Origin: a virus
IMG/VR virus record: IMGVR_UViG_3300042806_000370
Direction: 5' to 3' (one strand)
Length of the DNA stretch: 38,011 nt
Position numbers and translations under genes: made by a program. This document shows positions 7,958 through 16,324 of this stretch, piece by piece. The notes under the pieces were generated by a model. It did not search any database and was not told where the DNA came from. It saw only the letters and a list, made by a program, of their open reading frames with translations. Position 1 is the first letter of the stretch, and each line of letters opens with the position of its first letter.

Positions 7958-8208
7958 CAAAAACCAAAACAAAAAAGCCCAAGCAGTACCACTACAATTT
8001 TGAATTCAATTCCGGAAGGTACTCTGATGTGTCTTGGACACTTGAGGATGAGTTTCCGGAGTGGTTTGCGGGATCAGGTACACTTTTAGGCCGCAACGAG
8101 TACGATGTCTCGTTCATCTGCACTCCCGCCGAGGTGAAGACGGTCGTTGACTTCATCAAGAAGACTTGGAAGGAACTGAAGTTCACCCAAGCGAAGTGGG
8201 ATCTGTAA
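7954..8208 (+). CDS. Hypothetical protein (84 aa)
   Basis: ATGA overlap; last gene before terminator. Confidence 0.7.
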   Translation: MTKTKTKKPKQYHYNFEFNSGRYSDVSWTLEDEFPEWFAGSGTLLGRNEYDVSFICTPAEVKTVVDFIKKTWKELKFTQAKWDL

Positions 8209-8222
8209 CAATCATTTCTTGT

Positions 8223-8261
8223 CCCCCCCGTTGCTGCCGTGTGGCAGCGCGGGGGTTTTTT
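8223..8261 (+). terminator. Rho-independent terminator, cassette 6
   Basis: GC stem CCCCCG.TGCTGCC/GGCAGCGCGGGGG plus T tract. Confidence 0.75.
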
Positions 8262-8277
8262 ATTTGGAATTGTTGAG

Positions 8278-8312
8278 AAACTGTCACGGACGCGCAGCGT
8301 CCGTGACAGTTT
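8278..8312. repeat. Cassette palindrome 7 (terminal copy, no downstream promoter)
   Basis: AAACTGTCACGGACGC-GCA-GCGTCCGTGACAGTTT. Confidence 0.95.
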
Positions 8313-8401
8313 TGCCGCAAATAAACAAAAAATTTACAGTAATAATACTGTAAATTTTCAGTAAATTAACACTATTAATATTGTAAATTTATGGTAAAAT
8401 G

Positions 8402-8671
8402 TTAGGCGTACTTATGGTATTCATTATACCCCTTATGAGGGTTATTTTTTGTTTGATATTTCTCCACCCCATACGCATCATTTAATTTGCGATTTGGGTA
8501 AATATCATTTATAAGTTTTTGCTTTAGAATTTTTTGCTTTGTGATTAGATCCATTGGTTCTTCTGGAGCCTTTCTCAACCCCTCTATTAGCTCCTGTAGC
8601 AATGCCTGGGCTGATGTGGGTAGATACTGCTCCAACTCCTCTACAATGCGGTCTATGCGATCCTGATTCAT
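8402..8671 (-). CDS. Hypothetical protein, paralog of 8668-8949
   Basis: Shares EELEQYLPTSAQALLQELIE motif with neighbour; ATGA overlap. Confidence 0.7.
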   Translation of the reverse strand: MNQDRIDRIVEELEQYLPTSAQALLQELIEGLRKAPEEPMDLITKQKILKQKLINDIYPNRKLNDAYGVEKYQTKNNPHKGYNEYHKYA

Positions 8672-8949
8672 TTAATCGAATACTCCTTGCATTGTCCCCA
8701 ATTACTCTGCCAAGTATTTTGAATGAAATCTGCCGCATCACCCTTGATTTGAGAACAAAAACCAGAAAAAATAATCTGGCCCCATGAATTTTTCTTCACA
8801 TCCGTCAAAATCAACCCTTCAATGAGTTGATTTGGACTGGCTGCTGCTGGAATCTTCGTTTCAATCAATTCATTCAGCTTGACCTGAAGCGAGGTGGGGA
8901 GGTACTGTTCCATTTCTTCCTGAAGTTGTCGAATCTCATGTGGAGTCAT
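8668..8949 (-). CDS. Hypothetical protein, probably leaderless (MTPHEIRQ...)
   Basis: EEMEQYLPTSLQVKLNELIE; ATG 8 nt downstream of TATAAT. Confidence 0.7.
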   Translation of the reverse strand: MTPHEIRQLQEEMEQYLPTSLQVKLNELIETKIPAAASPNQLIEGLILTDVKKNSWGQIIFSGFCSQIKGDAADFIQNTWQSNWGQCKEYSIK

Positions 8950-8956
8950 ACCCTCC

Positions 8957-9062
8957 ATTATACCACAGAGAGGTATCGAATGTCAAATTTTACTTTCAGA
9001 AATTATTCGTGGGGGGTGCAAAAACTACCCTGATTATACCATATGGGGGTATTGCGTGTCAA
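8957..9062 (-). promoter_or_regulatory. Two tandem consensus sigma70 promoters
   Basis: TTGACA-N18-TATAAT with extended TG at 8986-8957 and 9062-9033. Confidence 0.85.
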
Positions 9063-9328
9063 GTGTTATTTTTTGTTATTTTTAAAATTAACAATATTAA
9101 TTTTTATTAATATTTAAGTTTCTTGATCTTGCTGCGATAATGCGCGATTATGCGGCGATAATTGTGAATATTAAGGGTGTTTTTGTGTGTTTTTGGGGAA
9201 TATTTGAGTATTTTCCGGGTTTTTTTGCTTGGTTACCTAACATCCACCTAACAAATTAATATTTTCTTTACCACATTTCTCCCCACTCTACCCCACTTCA
9301 CCCCACTCTTGTACACCTACATACTTTT

Positions 9329-10417
<1,089 letters not shown>

Positions 10418-10428
10418 TAATGTAAAAT

Positions 10429-10460
10429 AAAAAAACCCCGAATATTCGGGGTTTTTATTT
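10429..10460. terminator. Bidirectional terminator
   Basis: AAAAACCCCG-AATATT-CGGGGTTTTT between convergent genes. Confidence 0.85.
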
Positions 10461-10500
10461 CAACCAAAATTAAATAAAATTATTTGGGTATTATAAAAAT

Positions 10501-10833
10501 TTAACGCCATCGGCCAAACTGTAGCGCATATCTATAACCATTTAGTATATTAGTGTACTGAATATACTGGGCCTTTAATTGTTCACAATTATTCGTTTGT
10601 TCACAATTTGCCAACTGTTCTAATATATCATTGATCATACTTTCATATTGGGCTATCATTTGATAAACATTACCAGTCATATACCTATCCTGCATTATTT
10701 CTCCAGTATCATATACTAAAAATTCATCGGTATCTGGAGCCTCTAATGGCATTGGTGGTGTTTTAGGCGTTATGGCTGCTTCTACCAATCTCTGGTATGT
10801 TCTGGCGACTTGGTTTATTGAGTTTTTATCCAT
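10501..10833 (-). CDS. MDKNSINQVARTYQRLVE-leader family protein (putative internal head protein)
   Basis: Shared leader; CEQTNNC helical hairpin. Confidence 0.85.
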   Translation of the reverse strand: MDKNSINQVARTYQRLVEAAITPKTPPMPLEAPDTDEFLVYDTGEIMQDRYMTGNVYQMIAQYESMINDILEQLANCEQTNNCEQLKAQYIQYTNILNGYRYALQFGRWR

Positions 10834-10837
10834 AAAA

Positions 10838-11152
10838 TTAATATCCGGTTCCTCTTAAAAAGTTAGTATAATATGCTATTAACCAATTTAAACGGTCGAT
10901 TTGCTCCTGCGTGCATATTCCAGGATTAGACATACAATAATCTAACATATCTACTGCTTGATTATAATATGCTTGATTCGCAGCCCCTAAATTTGGATAT
11001 GTTGGACCAGTATCAAATGTTCTTGGCATATACGGTACATCTTCTGTTGCTGGTTGCATTTCAACAGAAGAAGATAATTGCGGTGATGGTTGAGCTGCTT
11101 CTACCAATCTCTGGTATGTTCTGGCGACTTGATTTATTGAGTTTTTATCCAT
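10838..11152 (-). CDS. MDKNSINQVARTYQRLVE-leader family protein
   Basis: Shared leader; CMSNPGIC; AATAAATA upstream. Confidence 0.85.
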   Translation of the reverse strand: MDKNSINQVARTYQRLVEAAQPSPQLSSSVEMQPATEDVPYMPRTFDTGPTYPNLGAANQAYYNQAVDMLDYCMSNPGICTQEQIDRLNWLIAYYTNFLRGTGY

Positions 11153-11194
11153 ATTTTATTTATTAATTGTAAAATCCTAATCTTCTTCTATATT

Positions 11195-11401
11195 TTATTT
11201 GTAAAAATAATGTACGGGAGGAAGTGGCCGTGGTGATGGTGGATCTTGTGGAGGAAACGGATGTATTGGTTGTGGTGAAGGTTCTGGCTTTGGTTTTGGG
11301 TTTGGTGGATCTTGTGGGGGAATTGGTGGACCAAAAGAAGAATATTTTGCAACTCTTTTAGCATATGTCTTAGCCACCTGATTTATGGCGTTTTTATCCA
11401 T
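11195..11401 (-). CDS. Divergent leader-family member, Pro-rich (68 aa)
   Basis: MDKNAINQVAKTYAKRVA; PPQDPP repeated. Confidence 0.75.
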   Translation of the reverse strand: MDKNAINQVAKTYAKRVAKYSSFGPPIPPQDPPNPKPKPEPSPQPIHPFPPQDPPSPRPLPPVHYFYK

Positions 11402-11411
11402 ATTTTATTTA

Positions 11412-11714
11412 TTAATTGTAAAATCCTAATCTTCTTTTATATTGTCTTATGAATTCTTCATATTGAGCTATCTCGGAATCAGAACATGCTCCTGGATTTA
11501 ATTGGCAATTTCTAAGAAGATTCAAATATTGTTCAAATTTTTCATATTCCTTACCAAGTAAAAGTTCTAGCCTCAAATCATCTCTAGTTTGTGGTGGTAG
11601 ATTTGGCTCTGGCGTATCAAAACCTTCCATAGGCTCTGGAAGCATTTGTGGAGAAGCTGCTTCTACCAATCTCTGGTATGTTCTGGCAACTTGATTTATT
11701 GAGTTTTTATTCAT
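11412..11714 (-). CDS. MNKNSINQVARTYQRLVE-leader family protein
   Basis: Shared leader; CQLNPGAC. Confidence 0.85.
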   Translation of the reverse strand: MNKNSINQVARTYQRLVEAASPQMLPEPMEGFDTPEPNLPPQTRDDLRLELLLGKEYEKFEQYLNLLRNCQLNPGACSDSEIAQYEEFIRQYKRRLGFYN

Positions 11715-11724
11715 ATATTATTCT

Positions 11725-12225
11725 TTATACGGTTGATACCGGATCTGGTCTAGCATCAAAATGTATTTGATATAATAAATTTCGTAACTGTGAAACACGC
11801 TGATTAATTGTATTCACTAAAAGATTTGTATATTCTGGCGCACACATACCAGATAGATTACAATCATTTAAGGATGATAATGCGCTGTGCAATTCTTCAT
11901 ACAGTTCAAAATACAAGGCAATATTGTTAATAACATTTGGATGTTCACTATCACCATATGTTTCTCTAACTTCTTTGGGACTCATTGGAGTAGATGTACT
12001 TGGAATTGAAGTAATGTTTGGTCCAGGTCCATCTGGGCCGTATAAGTACCAAAGCCAGATATCATATGCTTGATCTTGGACAACAGGATTTGTAACTAAA
12101 TCATAATAAGTTTGTCCCACTGATTGAGCAATATTGCCCATGTTTGGATTTATTTGTTGTACATTTTTAGATTCAACCAATCTCTGGTATGTTCTGGCAA
12201 CTTGATTTATTGAGTTTTTATCCAT
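11725..12225 (-). CDS. MDKNSINQVARTYQRLVE-leader family protein (166 aa)
   Basis: Shared leader; CNLSGMC; TATAAATA upstream. Confidence 0.85.
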   Translation of the reverse strand: MDKNSINQVARTYQRLVESKNVQQINPNMGNIAQSVGQTYYDLVTNPVVQDQAYDIWLWYLYGPDGPGPNITSIPSTSTPMSPKEVRETYGDSEHPNVINNIALYFELYEELHSALSSLNDCNLSGMCAPEYTNLLVNTINQRVSQLRNLLYQIHFDARPDPVSTV

Positions 12226-12229
12226 ACTT

Positions 12230-12241
12230 TATTTATAAATA
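12230..12241. promoter_or_regulatory. Bidirectional T4-type late promoter (TATTTATAAATA)
   Basis: Palindrome containing TATAAATA on both strands between divergent genes. Confidence 0.8.
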
Positions 12242-12247
12242 AAAAGA

Positions 12248-12553
12248 ATGCTTTCTTTCAATCAATACCTTTCAGAATCAGAGAAAAAACCAAAAATTCT
12301 TAAACGATTGGTTTATCAACTTGAGAATAAAGGTATGGACACAAATAAAGCCTATTCCGTGGCCGTAGGACAGCTCCAGAAGGCAGGCGTTCTCAAGAAG
12401 GACTCGTTGAGCCTAACACCAAAGGGTGTCAAGAGAAACAAAATGAGCGCGGAAGAAAGAGCAAAGGATAGATCTGCTAAATATTCAGGAAGAAAACCAA
12501 AAGATTTTGTTTATAGCAAAAAAACAAATAGAGCTACTCTGAAAGACAAATAA
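12248..12553 (+). CDS. Basic protein with CTS-like leader MLSFNQYLSE
   Basis: K/R-rich; late promoter immediately upstream. Confidence 0.8.
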   Translation: MLSFNQYLSESEKKPKILKRLVYQLENKGMDTNKAYSVAVGQLQKAGVLKKDSLSLTPKGVKRNKMSAEERAKDRSAKYSGRKPKDFVYSKKTNRATLKDK

Positions 12554-13084
12554 ATGATATCCTTCAAACAATTTTTAATTGAAAGACTAAATCCTACATC
12601 TATTCCTGCAAATGAACTATACCCAGGAATAAATCCAAATGCATGGCAAGATCCAGCAACTAATGTAGATCATCCGCGCCCAACTGGATTTGATGAGTAT
12701 GGTGATCCAATTGAAGATTTAAATGATGTGGATGGAGATGGCCAAACAAATGAAGATGATCTTGATGACGATAATGACGGAGTTCAAGATTATCTAGATC
12801 TTGATGACGATAATGACGGAATTCCAGACTGGGTTGATCCAGATTATCTTGAAGCTCAAGGAATAGAGCCTGGAAGCGAATTTGATGATACGGATAGTGA
12901 TGGAATACCTGATGAATTTGATGAAGATCATGATGGCGATGGTATTCCAAATGCCCAAGACAAAGATTATAGAAATAGAATGCGTGAGATGTTAGCACCA
13001 GGAGTAATCGATTATATGCAAAATCAACCACCTCCAGGTCAACCTATAGCTCCACCGCCATCAAATAATCAAAGAGGTGGTTGA
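12554..13084 (+). CDS. DxDxDG Ca-binding repeat protein with CTS-like leader MISFKQFLIE
   Basis: DDDNDGVQDYLDLDDDNDGIPD; same leader as the 9329 gene. Confidence 0.85.
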   Translation: MISFKQFLIERLNPTSIPANELYPGINPNAWQDPATNVDHPRPTGFDEYGDPIEDLNDVDGDGQTNEDDLDDDNDGVQDYLDLDDDNDGIPDWVDPDYLEAQGIEPGSEFDDTDSDGIPDEFDEDHDGDGIPNAQDKDYRNRMREMLAPGVIDYMQNQPPPGQPIAPPPSNNQRGG

Positions 13085-13085
13085 T

Positions 13086-13120
13086 AAAAAAACACCCAGA
13101 TTTCTCTGGGTGTTTTTTTT
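13086..13120. terminator. Bidirectional terminator
   Basis: AAAAAAACACCCAGA-TTTC-TCTGGGTGTTTTTTT. Confidence 0.9.
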
Positions 13121-13136
13121 TATTTTTAACTAAAAA

Positions 13137-13922
13137 TTATCCTCTTGAAAGAGTTCCTTGCCATTGCCTAAATGCCGTGATAAATTGTTGCAGTGCTGTA
13201 ACACCTAATTGTGATCTAATTCCCTGAAGAATTGGACTGGCAACATTATTACCAAAACTTTGATCGTTTGTTATACTTAAATACCAATTCATCCAGTTTA
13301 TCTGACCAGTATTATAATCAATATACTGATCTGCCACTCCAAGCTCTTCAAACATACTGTAAATTAGTGACATTATATTTGGTGGTAAATAACCAGGAAT
13401 GTATAATGGACCACCCGTTCCATTTCCTTGTCCCCCTCTACCACCTCTACCAGATTGTCTTCCATATCCTTGTGGGGAATACATACTATCTTTTGCATAA
13501 CCAGTTAGGGGTCCACCAGTTTGTGGGGTAGAAACTCTCTCAACACCTGAATCTGTAGGGGTTTGAGTTGCCTCAGAAATCAATCTTCTAAGTCTATAGT
13601 TTTGTTCATTTACTTTTCTATAATTACCGGAATTGCTATACAATTTCATTAAACTATCAATATAATCTTGACTGCACCTTCCGGGATTTTGGTTGCAATA
13701 AGCCAATTGCTGTAAAATAGTATTAAGCGTATCAGTAAATGATGGTCTAGCAGGACTTGGATCATCCATACTTGGTTCTTCTGGTTCAAACGAAGGCATA
13801 GGTAAAACTATAGGTGGTTTTGGATTTTGTGCCTCAGAAATCAATCTTCTAAGTCTATAGTTTTGTTCTGTGAGTTGTTGAATTTGTCTTTTTAAATGTA
13901 AATTTTCTGTGAATGATGCCAT
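13137..13922 (-). CDS. Putative internal polyprotein with duplicated EQNYRLRRLISEA leader
   Basis: Motif occurs twice; CNQNPGRC; GATAAATA and AAAGGA upstream. Confidence 0.85.
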   Translation of the reverse strand: MASFTENLHLKRQIQQLTEQNYRLRRLISEAQNPKPPIVLPMPSFEPEEPSMDDPSPARPSFTDTLNTILQQLAYCNQNPGRCSQDYIDSLMKLYSNSGNYRKVNEQNYRLRRLISEATQTPTDSGVERVSTPQTGGPLTGYAKDSMYSPQGYGRQSGRGGRGGQGNGTGGPLYIPGYLPPNIMSLIYSMFEELGVADQYIDYNTGQINWMNWYLSITNDQSFGNNVASPILQGIRSQLGVTALQQFITAFRQWQGTLSRG

Positions 13923-13943
13923 ATTATGTCCTTTATCTATTTA

Positions 13944-15740
13944 TCAATACCAGCGATTGTAGTTTTCTGAGATCATGTTCATGTAAGTTTTTGCAACTTC
14001 ATTTACTTCTTGACCTTTCTGTGGAACAACCCATCTTCTTCGTTTTCTATCATATACTGCTCCCTCACCTTCGCCCTTATAAACTCTCTTACCTTCAGGT
14101 TCAGCACCCCTGGGCAAGAATCCTGCTGCTACATCTCTTGCGTCTGCTGCTACATCTTGAGCAAATTTTTCTCCAGGAATACCCACGGGTTCTTCTACTG
14201 GTGGTTTTGGTTTACGAACCGCTGATGGGTTTCCTACAACTGGAGTTTTGCTTGCTCTCGATCTTCTAGCTTTTTGTGCTCTAAGAGCGGTAACAGCAAA
14301 GCCTAAATCGGATCCTCTACCAGGAGCTGGTTCTTCTCCTCTTGGAACAGGTAAACGAGGAGGAACATCTCCAATAGTTACTCCAGTTTTTTCCATTGCT
14401 CTTGAAACCAGTTTATCTTCTCTTCCGAGTGGTCCAACTGAACGTGGAAGCCGAGGATTGGATGGATTTCTTCTTCCGGTTCTAATTCTTTCTTCTTGTG
14501 AAGTTGTAGCAGCCATGACATCGCTAACTAGACCCAATGCACCTGGCTTATTGACATCTATACCTCTAAGAACTCCTTTAGCTGCTCTGAGAACGGGTAC
14601 TTCTCCTCCTCCTGCTGCTCTTAGTTTACCAATAGTTGCTTTTTCACCTCTAATAATCTTTTTAAGTGCTCCTCTTACTCTTTTACTTGTTCTACCGGAC
14701 CTTCGAAGTGAATCTTTTGTGACTGTTGTATCGGCAGTACCAACCTGGGATACTCCGGGTTCCATTGATGTTTCTGCAAATTTTCCAGGGAATTTTGCAC
14801 CATGTTCTGCTACGCCCTTAGCAAATACTCGTCTTCCAAATTCAGCTTCCTGTTCTGGAGTCATCATGCTATATGATTGCTGACCTATATTTGCTCTTCT
14901 TCTTTGTCTTGCACTAGGTGCTGGAGCGGTTCCTCTTGAAGTTCCTCCAATTTGTCTTAGAAGATCTTCTAGTCCTTCTTGTCTTCTTCTTCCGGCAGCA
15001 GCAACTCTAGCAGCCTTTAATGATCTTGCTTCATCTGCAAAAGCTGCATCTTTTTGTGCCTTTACTACTCTATATTCTGGACCAAACTGTGGGTTATTTG
15101 CTAATTCATCTCCAAAATAATCTTCAGTTCCGCCATCAGTTGGATCAAGTATTCTTCCCACTTGTGCTGCTTGTCCTGCACTAACATCTCTTTGGCTACT
15201 CCACGCAGGAACTTGATCTTCCACTCTAGCATCTCTATAACCAGCTGCACCTCGTCTTGTTCTCAATGATTGCATGATAGAGGCAACAGTTGGATCTTCT
15301 CCTTGAGCTACTGATCTTGGATTTGGAATTTGTACTTTTTGACCGACACTCATCGCATCAACGGCAGACTGAACTGCTCCTCTCACATAACCTGGAGCAT
15401 CAAATCCTGGTTGAGCACTTTTGCTCGTTGCTATTTCACGGCCCTTTGCAGCTGCATCTTCTTTTTGTTTTTTTATTACCTTTTTGGTAACTCCAACTCC
15501 CATTTCTCTGCGAGTTTGTGTTCTTTTGATTTTTTCCTGAGTGGTTAGTTGTCTAGCTGGTTTCTTGGCTGGTTTCTTTGAAGACGAGACAACCGTGCCA
15601 CGCTTAACAAGCTTTCCCCTTTTGGTCTTCTCCTCTTCGACTATGAAAGAAGTGAGAGAATTTTGTTCTCTGATTAAATATTTTAGTTGTTCTTCAAGAA
15701 GATTAATTTTTGCCTGTAGCTCAGGAATGAATGATGACAT
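13944..15740 (-). CDS. Large basic (R/K/A/G-rich) putative internal head protein (598 aa)
   Basis: TATAAATA and AAGGAG upstream; coiled-coil N-terminus. Confidence 0.85.
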   Translation of the reverse strand: MSSFIPELQAKINLLEEQLKYLIREQNSLTSFIVEEEKTKRGKLVKRGTVVSSSKKPAKKPARQLTTQEKIKRTQTRREMGVGVTKKVIKKQKEDAAAKGREIATSKSAQPGFDAPGYVRGAVQSAVDAMSVGQKVQIPNPRSVAQGEDPTVASIMQSLRTRRGAAGYRDARVEDQVPAWSSQRDVSAGQAAQVGRILDPTDGGTEDYFGDELANNPQFGPEYRVVKAQKDAAFADEARSLKAARVAAAGRRRQEGLEDLLRQIGGTSRGTAPAPSARQRRRANIGQQSYSMMTPEQEAEFGRRVFAKGVAEHGAKFPGKFAETSMEPGVSQVGTADTTVTKDSLRRSGRTSKRVRGALKKIIRGEKATIGKLRAAGGGEVPVLRAAKGVLRGIDVNKPGALGLVSDVMAATTSQEERIRTGRRNPSNPRLPRSVGPLGREDKLVSRAMEKTGVTIGDVPPRLPVPRGEEPAPGRGSDLGFAVTALRAQKARRSRASKTPVVGNPSAVRKPKPPVEEPVGIPGEKFAQDVAADARDVAAGFLPRGAEPEGKRVYKGEGEGAVYDRKRRRWVVPQKGQEVNEVAKTYMNMISENYNRWY

Positions 15741-15767
15741 ATATTTTCTCCTTGATATTTATAAAAG

Positions 15768-15797
15768 AAAACCCCCACCGGGTTTGGTGGGGGTAGT
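15768..15797 (-). terminator. Rho-independent terminator
   Basis: ACCCCCACC/GGTGGGGGT stem, T tract on minus strand. Confidence 0.7.
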
Positions 15798-15825
15798 TCT
15801 TTGTAATAGTAAATTATTGTTTCTT

Positions 15826-16299
15826 TTAACTGCTACTCCATCCCCAAGAGTTAGAGCCGAGATAAGTTGGAGCCCATGTATATGTGCGGTGTAATTCTCC
15901 GTTTTTGTAATATTGTACAACGGCTGGTGGTCCAGGAGAATAGACATATGTGTGGACTCCCGCAGTATAAGTATATACTCCATTTTCATAGGAACCTTCT
16001 CTCATTATTTGTCCTAAAGTTGTTTGTCTAATACCTTGATTGGGTCCCGGAATAGAAGGATCTTGAGTTGTACTCATTGTATACCTACCATCTGGATTTG
16101 TACCACCATATTGTCCAAGAGGTCCTTGACTAGGTGTTTGAGTATCATCAGTAGGACCCATTAACAAATCATTCGATGGTGCAGCTTCCAATAAGTATCT
16201 TGCTCTTCTTCTTAAATTATTGTTCTGCTCCTGAAGGTTTCTAATTTGATTCTCAAGAGCGTTAATTCTTTGTTGTAGTACGTTTGTAAATGTTGACAT
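15826..16299 (-). CDS. MSxFT coiled-coil-leader protein (157 aa)
   Basis: TATAAATA and AAGGAG upstream; leader ends RYLLE-A. Confidence 0.85.
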   Translation of the reverse strand: MSTFTNVLQQRINALENQIRNLQEQNNNLRRRARYLLEAAPSNDLLMGPTDDTQTPSQGPLGQYGGTNPDGRYTMSTTQDPSIPGPNQGIRQTTLGQIMREGSYENGVYTYTAGVHTYVYSPGPPAVVQYYKNGELHRTYTWAPTYLGSNSWGWSSS

Positions 16300-16324
16300 T
16301 TATAATCTCCTTGTTATTTATAAT

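Noticed and set aside
165-8312. CRISPR array (palindromic repeats of about 36 bp)
   Set aside because: Intervals are 0.55-3.1 kb and contain whole operons, inner repeat sequence varies, and there are no cas genes in the window.
165-8312. Classical integron attC cassette array (arms run AAC...GTT)
   Set aside because: Stems are perfect with no extrahelical bases, flanks do not fit RYYYAAC/GTTRRRY, cassettes carry their own promoters, and no integrase is visible. Kept only as an analogy.
10501-12225. RiPP precursor cluster (conserved leader plus variable Cys core)
   Set aside because: No modifying enzymes or transporter nearby; late promoters and LxE ends fit capsid targeting better.
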